NCBI GenBank assembly: GCA_048884965.1
Contig: JBHLQH010000001.1
Coordinates: 224,001-288,000, forward strand
Direction: 5' to 3'
Origin: Candidatus Thorarchaeota archaeon
GTDB taxonomy: Archaea; Asgardarchaeota; Thorarchaeia; Thorarchaeales; Thorarchaeaceae
Length of the DNA: 64,000 nt
The translations under genes were made by a program, and so were the position numbers. Below are positions 46,481 to 56,700 of the stretch, one piece after another; positions within the stretch are counted from its first letter, which is position 1; every line of letters begins with the position of its first letter. A model generated the notes under the pieces. The model was given only the letters and a program-made list of their open reading frames with translations. It ran no database searches and was not told the origin of the DNA.

Positions 46481-49186
46481 ATGGATCAAGCCCGAGCACT
46501 CATAGTGACAATGATTTTGTCAATTCTGATTTTTCCAGGTGTTGTAGTTGGTCTTGTTGTTGCAGGTCCTCTGACACCCGCGCAATCTCCTACAACAACC
46601 ACTGTTGCAGTCGTTGGCGCAGAAAACTCGCCAGCTATCATTGAATCATTAGAAATAGATACCTCAGCTATTATTCTGAATGAGTTCTCTTCAATCGCGA
46701 GTGCATTGTCATCAGATGTTGATGTTCTAATCCTGATTGACGTTCCTATCCATAATGAAGATTTACTGTTTCTTAATTCTCATTTTGCAGGTGGTGGTGG
46801 TCTCTTTATCTTAACTGGACCCGAAATGACCGCTAACACTACTGGTTTTTCATACTTCAATATAACGACTTCCAACAGTCTTACTTCAAGTGTTGACAAT
46901 GCAGGGGTTGTCACTAGGATGATGGATTCGACTCACCCCATCATGAGTTTTGATTGGTCTTCAGCCCCAGCTGCGGAGAAAATAACTATCCTTCCTCAAT
47001 TGACATCCGCTAGTACAGTTCTACTCGCAAATGATACTGGATTTGGCACAGGTGGTGTGCCTTTGCTTGTGCATACATCAGTTGGTTCCGGTAACATACT
47101 AGTGTATACTCCATGGTTAACACTGAATTCGTCTGCAGAGAATCCTCAAGCAAATTACGAGCTTATTCTGTGGCCATACTTCAACTATTTCCTCTATTCA
47201 TCCTCAGTGTACCTTTCTGATCAGAGCCCTCTAACATATGCAGAATGGAGTTACTCTCCAATACCACACTTTGAGCAGCAGATGATTATTGGTGTGCTTG
47301 TGGCAGTAATAGGTATTGTCACTGCTACATCCTATCGAAGCATGAAGAAACGCTCTCTAGAGAAGAAGGAGATTCTATCTGAGATTGAGCGAGCAGAGCT
47401 TCTAATAGAGGTAACTGACGAAGTGGATGAATGGGAAGAAGTAGGGATGCATCGTCAGATTGGTGGATTTCTAATTCAGCTCTTCCTTACTTTGATCTTA
47501 GTAATTCCAAGGGTAGTTCTAACAATCATGATCTATCCCAGATTCATTATGCCCTTCCCAACAGCTGCTGGATGGTACTCCTTTAGTGTGAATCTGTTTC
47601 TTGGATTATGGACACTTTTCGATCTTGGTACAAGTGTCGCATTAGCTAAGTACTTTGCAGAATACCGTGTTGAGCAACCAGAAGAAGCCGTTAAATATGC
47701 ACAGATTTTCGTTTGGTTTCAGTGCATAACAGGTGTTGTACAAATCACAATAGTCGCCTTCATTGGATCTATTATTTTCCCACATACCTATCTAGCTCAC
47801 CTGTCCTATGTTTTCATCGCCCATTCATTATTCCAATTTCCGGGCTTTACTCTGCTTTTCATTCATGTATTTAGAGGGATGAATAGGATTGACTATCAAC
47901 AGATTGCAAACATTCTCAAGTATGTAGTATTCGACGCTCTCGCTCCCTACATTCTGATTCTATCTTTCAGATGGTGGGGCTCTCAGAATCCGATATTTGG
48001 AGAAGCCCTAGGAGGTGCCATTGGACAGGCAATTGGGACATATGTGTCTGAGTGGATGGTATTTGGCGTATCAATGTGGCTTTTCAAGAAACTTGGATTT
48101 AGTATATCCACACTGTTCAGAATTGATTTTGATATGACACAGATAAGGAAGGCAATGAAGTTTGGAGCTAAATGGACTGTAGGCGCTGCAACCGTTCCGT
48201 TGGTATGGTTCTATCAGATGTTACTTGTAAGTACTAACCTGCTAAACTGGTCTGCATTGCAAGGTCAGTATCAACTCGCATGGGATCTGGCTATTATTGT
48301 TTCAGTTGTCGGTCTATTCATGGAGAGTATGCTAGGTGGTATCTCTGAATCGTTCTCACGAGGAAAGAAGAAACTAACAGAGCTATATACTGCTCAGGGA
48401 TTGAAATATGGAGCATTCTTCGTGTTTTGGCTAATCTCAGTTCTAGCCGCAACCGGAGCACGTGCGATATTAGGTGCAGCTGGACCAAACTGGGCTGTTG
48501 CCGCAGATCTATTGCAATTCTTCCTAATCTTCCAACTTATTGGTTTCTTCAGCTGGCTAGGTGATTGGATGTTCGCTGGAGCTGAGCGAACTGGCCTTGC
48601 TGCAAGCGTGTGGGTACTAGAACAAGTCATTCGAGCGATTGCAATGACTCTCTTTGTCTGGTATGAGCCTGTTATCTTCGGAATCTATCTAGGTGGAATG
48701 CCGGGGATAATTATTGGCTATGTCGTTGGACTGGTCGTAAAGGATATTGTTGCATGGATACTAATCCGCAGGGAGATATCTGCTCCGAAGTTCTACACTT
48801 GGCAGAGCTATATTGGTCCAGCTCTCGCCGCGATCGCGAACTACATCATCCTAGAAGTCATTGCTAACATGATTTGGGACTACCCTGGAGATATTGTATC
48901 CTCAGCATTACTCTTCTTCATCGGCATTATTCCTTCACTGTATGTCTACTCATTCTTCAGTGGTATTACAGGGACTTGGGATGAAAGGACTCTTCAGGAG
49001 TTCAAGAGAGCATCTTCGATGGTGCGCATGAAAGGTGTAGGTTGGTTTGCGAGGCGATTCTATGGATCTATCGCATTAGGCGCAAGAATATCTCCACTTC
49101 ACAACCGATATCCTATCGACATATACGATGAGGCAATGGCTGAAGCGGAAGAGATCACGCGTGAGAAGAAGCAACTGAAATTGTAG
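46481..49186 (+). CDS. MOP-superfamily flippase-like membrane protein with N-terminal extracellular domain
   Basis: Signal/TM, ~250 aa soluble domain, then many TMs with FDLGTS.AL.KY. ATG follows GAGGT. Confidence 0.65.
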   Translation: MDQARALIVTMILSILIFPGVVVGLVVAGPLTPAQSPTTTTVAVVGAENSPAIIESLEIDTSAIILNEFSSIASALSSDVDVLILIDVPIHNEDLLFLNSHFAGGGGLFILTGPEMTANTTGFSYFNITTSNSLTSSVDNAGVVTRMMDSTHPIMSFDWSSAPAAEKITILPQLTSASTVLLANDTGFGTGGVPLLVHTSVGSGNILVYTPWLTLNSSAENPQANYELILWPYFNYFLYSSSVYLSDQSPLTYAEWSYSPIPHFEQQMIIGVLVAVIGIVTATSYRSMKKRSLEKKEILSEIERAELLIEVTDEVDEWEEVGMHRQIGGFLIQLFLTLILVIPRVVLTIMIYPRFIMPFPTAAGWYSFSVNLFLGLWTLFDLGTSVALAKYFAEYRVEQPEEAVKYAQIFVWFQCITGVVQITIVAFIGSIIFPHTYLAHLSYVFIAHSLFQFPGFTLLFIHVFRGMNRIDYQQIANILKYVVFDALAPYILILSFRWWGSQNPIFGEALGGAIGQAIGTYVSEWMVFGVSMWLFKKLGFSISTLFRIDFDMTQIRKAMKFGAKWTVGAATVPLVWFYQMLLVSTNLLNWSALQGQYQLAWDLAIIVSVVGLFMESMLGGISESFSRGKKKLTELYTAQGLKYGAFFVFWLISVLAATGARAILGAAGPNWAVAADLLQFFLIFQLIGFFSWLGDWMFAGAERTGLAASVWVLEQVIRAIAMTLFVWYEPVIFGIYLGGMPGIIIGYVVGLVVKDIVAWILIRREISAPKFYTWQSYIGPALAAIANYIILEVIANMIWDYPGDIVSSALLFFIGIIPSLYVYSFFSGITGTWDERTLQEFKRASSMVRMKGVGWFARRFYGSIALGARISPLHNRYPIDIYDEAMAEAEEITREKKQLKL

Positions 49187-49194
49187 AAGCGCAT

Positions 49195-49221
49195 CACGGG
49201 GGGTTACAATGACTCCCCGTG
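49195..49221. terminator. Stem-loop between convergent genes
   Basis: CACGGGG...CCCCGTG inverted repeat. Confidence 0.6.
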
Positions 49222-49248
49222 TCTGCTTATTTTCATATAACGAAAAAA

Positions 49249-49497
49249 CTATAGATCAACATCATCGACGATTTCGTCGCCGCCTTGAGTAGCTTCAACT
49301 TCTTCATCTTGGATTTTCTGTCTGACTAACCTAACCATATATCCCGCTACGCGGTTTCGAACGGTTTTTGTTCTAATATCTGTATATTGTTCAACGAGCC
49401 TCTTATTGGTCTCGAAGTCAGTTGTGAATTCTTCTTCGTAATACTGCATTAGTATTCGAGCTGCGTTTTTGATGTATCCGGGTCTAATACTTCCCAA
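49249..49497 (-). CDS. rps17e: 30S ribosomal protein S17e
   Basis: MGSIRP..IK, FTTDFETNK, VRNRVAGY. Confidence 0.96.
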   Translation of the reverse strand: MGSIRPGYIKNAARILMQYYEEEFTTDFETNKRLVEQYTDIRTKTVRNRVAGYMVRLVRQKIQDEEVEATQGGDEIVDDVDL

Positions 49498-49593
49498 ATT
49501 TATCTCACCATGAGTTAGTCAGTTTTGCGATTCCACTCGATTGTGTTTATAAGTTGTGTGGTGGCTACCAATTTCATTGGCGGTGAAAGGCAG

Positions 49594-51354
49594 TTGCTTT
49601 ACGAGGTATTGGCTCAGAAATATGACGAAATCGAAAAAGCATCTGGTTCAATTGAGAAGACAAACATCTTCTCAGACCTTCTCAAAGAAACACCTCGTGA
49701 CCTCGTAGGCAAGGTTTTAGCCCTTACTATTGGCAAGCTGTTCCCAGACTGGAAAGGAGAACCTGAGCTGGGTGTAGCTGAGAGAACTGCAGTTCAGATA
49801 GTCGCAGCTGCGGCCTCTGTCCCCGAATCTGCAGTTTTCGATTCCCTTCGTCGTACAGGTGACATTGGAGTAACTGGTGAGAGTCTCCTTCAAGAGGGGA
49901 TCGGGCAGATGTCTCTCTTCCCTCAGGAGATTACTATCACATCTGTCCACGATATCTTTCTAAAAGTCACGCGCGCCTCTGGTTCCGGAAGCAACAAAGA
50001 GAAGTTGGCTCTACTGGTGGGACTGCTGAATGATGCAAAGCCAATTGAGATTAGATACTTACTGAGAACCATTACTGGGACAATGCGTCTTGGTCTAGGT
50101 TACATGGGTATAATGGACGCTCTTTCGATTGCGTTTGCAGGCGATAAGAAATTCCGGCCTGAGATTGAGAGTGCGTTCAATGTGTGTAGTGATCTTGTTG
50201 AGGTAGCCTCTCTTTTGGCAACTGAAGGACTAAGAGGGTTAGAGCATATCAAAGCGAAGGTAGGCATACCCATTCGGATGATGGCCGCAAAGAAATTATC
50301 CTCCGCCGCTGAGATCATTGAGAAAGCCGGAGGCTCAGTACTTGTTGAGTACAAATACGATGGTGAGAGAGTACAGGTCCACAAAGATGGGGAGAAAGTA
50401 GTGCTCTTCTCTCGTAGACAGGAAGTCATTACCTATCAGTATCCAGATGTTGTGGAATACGTAAGGAAACATGTCAAACCGTCTACTTGTGTTCTAGAAG
50501 GGGAATGCTTGGCAATCGACCCCCTAACCAATCGTATCAGACCATTTCAAGATCTGATGAGAAGAAGACGGAAAACTGGAATTGAGGAAATGCAAAAGGA
50601 AATCCCTGTGGTCATTCGTTTCTTTGATATTCTCTATTCGGAAGGAGAAGATGTAACAAGCAAGCCAATGTTAACCAGACGAGAACTCCTTTCAAAGGCT
50701 GTAGATTCCTGTGATGTCGTGGATCTAACTATTGGTGAAGTCATTGATCATCCTGATGCACTTGACGCAATGTTTGCTGAGGCAATTGATTCTGGTCATG
50801 AGGGAATCATTGCAAAGGCAATCCATAAAGATTCCACCTATCAGGCTGGGTCTCGAAGTTGGCTTTGGATAAAGCTGAAAGCTTCCTATCAGGAAGGTAT
50901 GACTGACTCCGTAGATCTCGTTGTAGTTGGTGCAATGCATGGAAGAGGAAAACGAACTGGAGTCTATGGTACGATTCTGGCTTCCGCCTATGATCCTGTC
51001 AATGACACTTATCCTACTGTTTGCAAGATTGGAACTGGCTTCTCAGATGATGTCCTTATTCAATTCAAGGATCGATTGGACATTCATAGGACTGAAGCAA
51101 TGGACCCACGAGTTCTCTCCGACATCCAAGCTGATATATGGTTCGAACCAGTAATCGTTATTGAAGTCCTAGGTGATGAGATTACCATCAGTCCTACCCA
51201 TCATGCAGGAAGGGGACAAATCAATGGTGGTGGTCTTGCTATCAGGTTCCCTAGGTTCACAGGTCGTTGGCGTGATGATAAGGAGCCACATCAAGCGACA
51301 ACTATAGCTGAACTGATTGAGATTTTTGAGAACCAGAAATCTCGTAGTACATAG
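49594..51354 (+). CDS. lig: ATP-dependent DNA ligase
   Basis: EYKYDGER, EGE, FDIL, EGIIAK, WIKLK, RFPRF. TTG start after GGTGA. Confidence 0.95.
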   Translation: MLYEVLAQKYDEIEKASGSIEKTNIFSDLLKETPRDLVGKVLALTIGKLFPDWKGEPELGVAERTAVQIVAAAASVPESAVFDSLRRTGDIGVTGESLLQEGIGQMSLFPQEITITSVHDIFLKVTRASGSGSNKEKLALLVGLLNDAKPIEIRYLLRTITGTMRLGLGYMGIMDALSIAFAGDKKFRPEIESAFNVCSDLVEVASLLATEGLRGLEHIKAKVGIPIRMMAAKKLSSAAEIIEKAGGSVLVEYKYDGERVQVHKDGEKVVLFSRRQEVITYQYPDVVEYVRKHVKPSTCVLEGECLAIDPLTNRIRPFQDLMRRRRKTGIEEMQKEIPVVIRFFDILYSEGEDVTSKPMLTRRELLSKAVDSCDVVDLTIGEVIDHPDALDAMFAEAIDSGHEGIIAKAIHKDSTYQAGSRSWLWIKLKASYQEGMTDSVDLVVVGAMHGRGKRTGVYGTILASAYDPVNDTYPTVCKIGTGFSDDVLIQFKDRLDIHRTEAMDPRVLSDIQADIWFEPVIVIEVLGDEITISPTHHAGRGQINGGGLAIRFPRFTGRWRDDKEPHQATTIAELIEIFENQKSRST

Positions 51355-51406
51355 GCAACAGTTTTACATAGTGCGACGCACAGGAAGAAATCTGTCCGTG
51401 ATAAGA

Positions 51407-51865
51407 ATGCATAGTATACGTGTTTCTGATTCAAAGATGGGATTCAGCTCAGCTCATTTCATAGTTACTGCTGATGAATACGAGTCGTTGCACGGTCATA
51501 ATTACTCTGTTGAAGTTATTATCGAGGGCTCTCTTGATGAGTATGGAATGCTTCTTGATTTCAGACAGGTCAAGAAAGAAGTATCACGTGTATGCAAAAG
51601 CATTGATCACAAGATTCTTCTTCCAGGCATATCTCCGCATCTCAGTATCCTAGAGGAAGGCGGACAGGTAGTCGTCCATGTTCTTGATCGGAAATACAGT
51701 TTTCCTGTTACTGATTGTATCATCCTTCCAATTAAAGCGACGACAGCTGAACTCCTTGCAGAATTCATACACAAAGAGATTGGATTCTCTTATCTGGGGA
51801 AAGTCACCGTCTGCGTGAGTGAAAACACTGGTACTATGGGCTGCTATACAGAAAAGAAGAAGTGA
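51407..51865 (+). CDS. queD: 6-carboxytetrahydropterin synthase (QueD/PTPS family)
   Basis: FSSAH, LHGHNY, DH, TAE. Confidence 0.85.
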   Translation: MHSIRVSDSKMGFSSAHFIVTADEYESLHGHNYSVEVIIEGSLDEYGMLLDFRQVKKEVSRVCKSIDHKILLPGISPHLSILEEGGQVVVHVLDRKYSFPVTDCIILPIKATTAELLAEFIHKEIGFSYLGKVTVCVSENTGTMGCYTEKKK

Positions 51866-51870
51866 AGCGA

Positions 51871-53301
51871 TTAGGTCAATTCTGCCTGCGGAAACCAGAT
51901 GAGGAATTTGGCTCCGTTTGATGGCTCATCAGGTATTCTGTTCTTCACATCAATTCTACCACCATATTTTGTGACGATTTGCTTCGCTTGATGGATTCCT
52001 ACACCCCCGAAGCGTCGTTCAGCATCGAATAATGACTCCTTCTGTTTATCAGGAATGCCTGGACCATTATCAGCAATAGAAAGTTCAAACCCTCTTGATT
52101 TCATTTGTATGTCTATCCATATATCCGAAGTCTTTCCCTGTCCGTGATCCACCGTATTATCAAGAAGATTGCTAACCAAGTTAGAAAGGAATTTGTCTGC
52201 ATTTATGAGAGCTTTATCTATCTCGCAATTCAGATGGATATTGATATTCTCGTTCCTACTTTTAAATTCGGCAATGCATTCTTTCACTACAGAACATAGG
52301 CAGTGACTTGAAAGCGGCATGAATGGCAATTCAGCAGTTAGCGAAATGTTACTTATCAGCTGCTCACATTTTTGTACGGATTCTGAAATTCTCTCAATAA
52401 AGTGGTGGTTCCTTGAAGATTCCTGTGATTGATCGAGCAGGTCCGCACTTATTGTGATAGCCTGAAGATAATTGCGGATATCATGGCCCATGATGTCTAG
52501 ATATAACGTTGCCATATGATTGGAAGCTCTGAGTTGTTCCTCTGCGAGCTTGAGGTCTGTGATATCCCTGACCACTACGACAATATGCTCATTGTCCTCG
52601 TGCGGACTCAGATTTGCTGAGTGCCATTTTCGGATACCTGTAAGATTCGCCATATAATCAAATAGAATCGTCTGTTTTTGGTCCAAGACTCTCTGGATTA
52701 TTGACATGAATACGCTAGCTGTGCCTGATTCGAAGATATCTCCCACGTGTTTTCCTAGCATCTCAGTTGGTTCAGTATTAGGTTTGAGACTAGCTTTTGA
52801 ATAATACTCTGTAACATATCCCTTAGCATCGAGTACAAAGATGGTATCACTCATAGACTCGACAAGCATTCTATGACGGTTCTCGCTATTCTTTAGAGCT
52901 ATATCTCCGAGTCGCTTCTGTTTTTTCAACAGAGTTTCTTCCAGCTCCCTCCTTATGGCTGGGACCAATCTGCTAAGATTCTCTTTTAGTATGTAGTCTT
53001 GTGCGCCAGCTCTCATCATTGATACTGCAGCTTGGTCAGATATTGTGCCGGAAACTATGATCAATGGCATATCAGGGTCTACTTCGCGTATAATGTGCAA
53101 GGCTTTGTGCGCTTCGAACTCTGGCATTAGATAATCGCAGATTACGATATCCCAAGACTCTAAGAGCGCTGCTCTTAATTCAGTTTCATTTGCTACTTGT
53201 TTTATTACCGGCTCGAACCCACCTTTCTTAAGATTCCTCTCTAGGAGTATGACATCATCCTCTGAGTCTTCTATGCTTAGCACTCTGAGGTCAGTTTTCA
53301 C
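51871..53301 (-). CDS. Receiver-PAS-histidine kinase hybrid
   Basis: REC (ED, D, K), PAS, HDIRN, N box, DNGPG. Confidence 0.88.
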   Translation of the reverse strand: MKTDLRVLSIEDSEDDVILLERNLKKGGFEPVIKQVANETELRAALLESWDIVICDYLMPEFEAHKALHIIREVDPDMPLIIVSGTISDQAAVSMMRAGAQDYILKENLSRLVPAIRRELEETLLKKQKRLGDIALKNSENRHRMLVESMSDTIFVLDAKGYVTEYYSKASLKPNTEPTEMLGKHVGDIFESGTASVFMSIIQRVLDQKQTILFDYMANLTGIRKWHSANLSPHEDNEHIVVVVRDITDLKLAEEQLRASNHMATLYLDIMGHDIRNYLQAITISADLLDQSQESSRNHHFIERISESVQKCEQLISNISLTAELPFMPLSSHCLCSVVKECIAEFKSRNENINIHLNCEIDKALINADKFLSNLVSNLLDNTVDHGQGKTSDIWIDIQMKSRGFELSIADNGPGIPDKQKESLFDAERRFGGVGIHQAKQIVTKYGGRIDVKNRIPDEPSNGAKFLIWFPQAELT

Positions 53302-53746
53302 TTCGATTACCTTCTTTGGGTCTTATATTTAATACAAGCCAGTATAAGCCTAATGTTTGGATTGCTTTCACAAATTGCTCGAAATCCACAGGCTTTTGGA
53401 TGTAACTATTTGCCCCAAGATTATAGCAATCACAAACATCTCGATCTTCCCTCGATGAGCTGAGAATGACAACTGGCAGTCGTTTGAATCTACAATCATT
53501 TCTGAGCTCTTTTAGAAACTCCATTCCGCTCATTCGGGGCATGTTCAAATCGAGAAGGATGACGATAGGATATTCGTCCTCGTTATCCCGATATTCGCCT
53601 TCCTTCCTCAAATAGGATAGTGCATCTATGCCATCCTCAGCAACAACCACTTCATTGAGGATATTGGATTTCTTGAGTGCTCGTTTTGTAAGGACTATGT
53701 CATCAGGGTTGTCTTCAACTAGCAGAATAATATCCGAACTCACCAT
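53291..53746 (-). CDS. Single-domain response regulator (Rcp1-like)
   Basis: LLVEDNPDD, LLDLNMPR, GANSYIQKP. Confidence 0.92.
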   Translation of the reverse strand: MVSSDIILLVEDNPDDIVLTKRALKKSNILNEVVVAEDGIDALSYLRKEGEYRDNEDEYPIVILLDLNMPRMSGMEFLKELRNDCRFKRLPVVILSSSREDRDVCDCYNLGANSYIQKPVDFEQFVKAIQTLGLYWLVLNIRPKEGNRSEN

Positions 53747-53756
53747 CTTTCTCCTC

Positions 53757-56700
53757 CTATTTCAGCGTGAAGTAGAATGTTGAGCCCTGACCAAGGTCTG
53801 CTTCTGCCCAGATTCTACCTCCATGCCTGTTGATGATTCGCATTACAGTTGCCAATCCAATACCTGATCCTTCAAACTCATCCGATCCATGCAATCTTTG
53901 GAACGGCTTGAACAGTTTGTCGGCATAATCCATTTCGAATCCTACACCATTGTCCTGTATATAGAATACATCCTCATCTTCATCATGCTTCATTCCAAAT
54001 GTGATTCTTGACTCTTCTTTTCCAGCAGTAAATTTCCATGAATTCTCAAAGAGGTTCTGTAGCACAACTCTCATCAAGCGTTTATCGCATCGTGATGTCA
54101 TCTCAGGTTGTATCTTGACCTCTACGGTCCTTTCGGAATCACCTTCTTTCAGCTCCGTGATGACTTCTTCTGCAAGTCGAGAGAGGTTCACATCTACCCT
54201 TTCCATCTCGGTCCTTGTGACTCTTGAAAGACCCAGAATGTCCTCAATGAGTCCTGCCATATTCACAGCTCCTGATCGTATCCTTTTCAGATAGTCCTTC
54301 CCTACGTCATCCAAGTGGTCATAATAGTCTTCTAGTACTGCTTGACTAAAACCATCGATAATTCTTAGTGGTGCACGAAGATCGTGAGACACAGTATATG
54401 CAAAAGCTTCAAGCTCTTTGTTAGCAGCTTCAAGTTCAGCAGTCCTTTCCTCAACCCTTTGAGCAAGTTCTTGGTTGAGTTTTCTGACTTCATCTTCAGC
54501 ACGAACTCTCTCTGTGATATCTGTAATGAATGCGACAGTTCCCTCAACTTCCCCTGCATCATTCCTTGATGGGATCGCAGATATTCGTACTATCCTTTCC
54601 TCGTTATCCTTTCGGATCATCCTTACCTGATATGCAGACGAAACTCCTGATATCCTTCGTCTAGTTTCTTGAGTAATTATCTCAACATCATCTGGATGTA
54701 CTAGTTTCATTGAATATAATCCGAGTAATTCATCTTTTTCATATCCCATTATCCTACAGAATGATTCATTGACAAAAACAAAGTTCTCCTCTAAATCAAC
54801 TATCCCTATTCCTTCTGAAAGATCTGTCAGTAGTTCTCTATATCTTCTGACACTCATTTTGTAGGCCTGCTCCGTCAATCTTCTTTCTAGAACAGTTACT
54901 AGAAGACCTGCGATGGTTTCGAAGAAGACCGAGTCTTTTGCTGACACGATATCCGGTTTGCTTGATCCCGCTGAAAATGTACCAATCAGTTCTCCATTCT
55001 TGCTCATGAGTGGCATGATAAGAAGCGAGCGGAATCCCATCGCCTTGATATTTGGATACTTGTCAATATCCACATCTTCAGTGATATCAGACGAGATTAT
55101 TCTTTCCTTGGTCTTGGCAACTCTGGCAATCATGAGCGAGTTTGATTCACTAGAGTTGAGATGATACTCTTGATGTGCAATCTCATCAGGAACTCCGAAT
55201 GCTGCTGCTGGTTTCAGAATCGATTGCTTTGCATCGTATAATCTTATGGTTCCTCGTTCTAGATTCATTGCCTGGATGAAGTCTTCTAAGATTCTTTGTG
55301 CCATCTCCTCAGTTCCTTTGGCTTCTACTGCCGATTCAGCAATACTTCTGAAGGATGCTCTTTCTCTCCTGAGTGCTTGGACCGCATGATATCTTTCAGA
55401 AATATCCACCACACTGAATTGGGCAGCTACACCCTCCTCATAGATTACCTTGCTTCCAAACATTTCAAACCAAGATATTGTATCTCTATCGACATAGATT
55501 CGGATAATGATAGGGGACTGTTCATATCCTTCTAGACACCGGCTAAGAAAAATAGTCGCTGCTTCCAAATCCTCTGGATGAATGATGTTACTGAGATCTT
55601 CTAGGGGCATTCCTATGAGCTCGTTTATCGGTCTTCTTAGTTGATGGGATAGCATCTTATTGGCAAATCGAATTGCTCTTTCTTTTTCTGAGATTACAGC
55701 AATACCCATCAATGATTGTTCTAAAACGGAACGATATTTTGATTCGGATTCTCTTAATGCCTGTTCAACTATTATCCTATTGGTTATATCATAAATCAGT
55801 GCTTGACGATATATGATATTCCCTTCCGAATCCCTTCTCAGTTGTGTATAATCCGCGATCCATCTGACCTCGCCTCCTTTCGCCACGATTCGATAGGGCT
55901 CATGTACATAACTTTCACAGAGTTTATCAGCGCTGAATCCCCGAACCTCAGCAACCACTCGGTCAACGTCATCTGGGTGAACCAAGCTACCATATGATAC
56001 TTCTCCCGATCTCAGCTCTTCTAAGGAATATCCCAGAAGATCCATGGAGTTTCCAACAACGAATTCTACAGGTCTACCCGGTTCATTCTTCCAAAGGAAT
56101 GCAACGATAGGACTGAGATTGATGATATTATTAGCTTCCTCTAATTCACGAGATGCCTCAACTCGGTTGGTAATCTCTCTAATTACAGACACTGTGGATA
56201 CTCCATCCTCATGAGGAGTAATGGTTGCGGAGAACCATCTATCTTTAGTATCATCCGGAAGAAGATAGTCAAAGGATTCGCTCTTCCTTGAATTTCGAAC
56301 TCTCTCCATTACCTCTGAATACGGAACCGAAACTTCGCTAGGCAAGATTTCAGTGATATGCTTTCCAATGAATTCAGATGGAGGGACATATAGTTCGTTT
56401 TCGTTTTTGGTATAATATTCCGCATACCTACCTTCTTCATCGAATACGAATACTAGATCATCCAACGATTGTAGGAGAGTTCTGAATTTCTTTTCACTTC
56501 TAGCTAGTTCGATTTCAGCATATCTCTTTTCAGTAACATCTTCTGAAGTCCCAAGGACACCAATGATGTTATTGCCCACATCGGTTAATGGCACTTTGAT
56601 TGTCCTGAACCAAGCATCTGTGCCATCAGCTTTTCTCATTTTTTCGAAATTATCATATTTGGTAAAAGATCCATTCAGAACCCTCCTATCTACTTCAAGG

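Noticed and set aside
16603-51406. Extended N-termini in the ORF track (16603, 19293, 26984, 36804, 40889, 46427, 49525, 51317)
   Set aside because: They overlap terminators or neighbouring genes, or precede better starts that have RBSs and match family N-termini.
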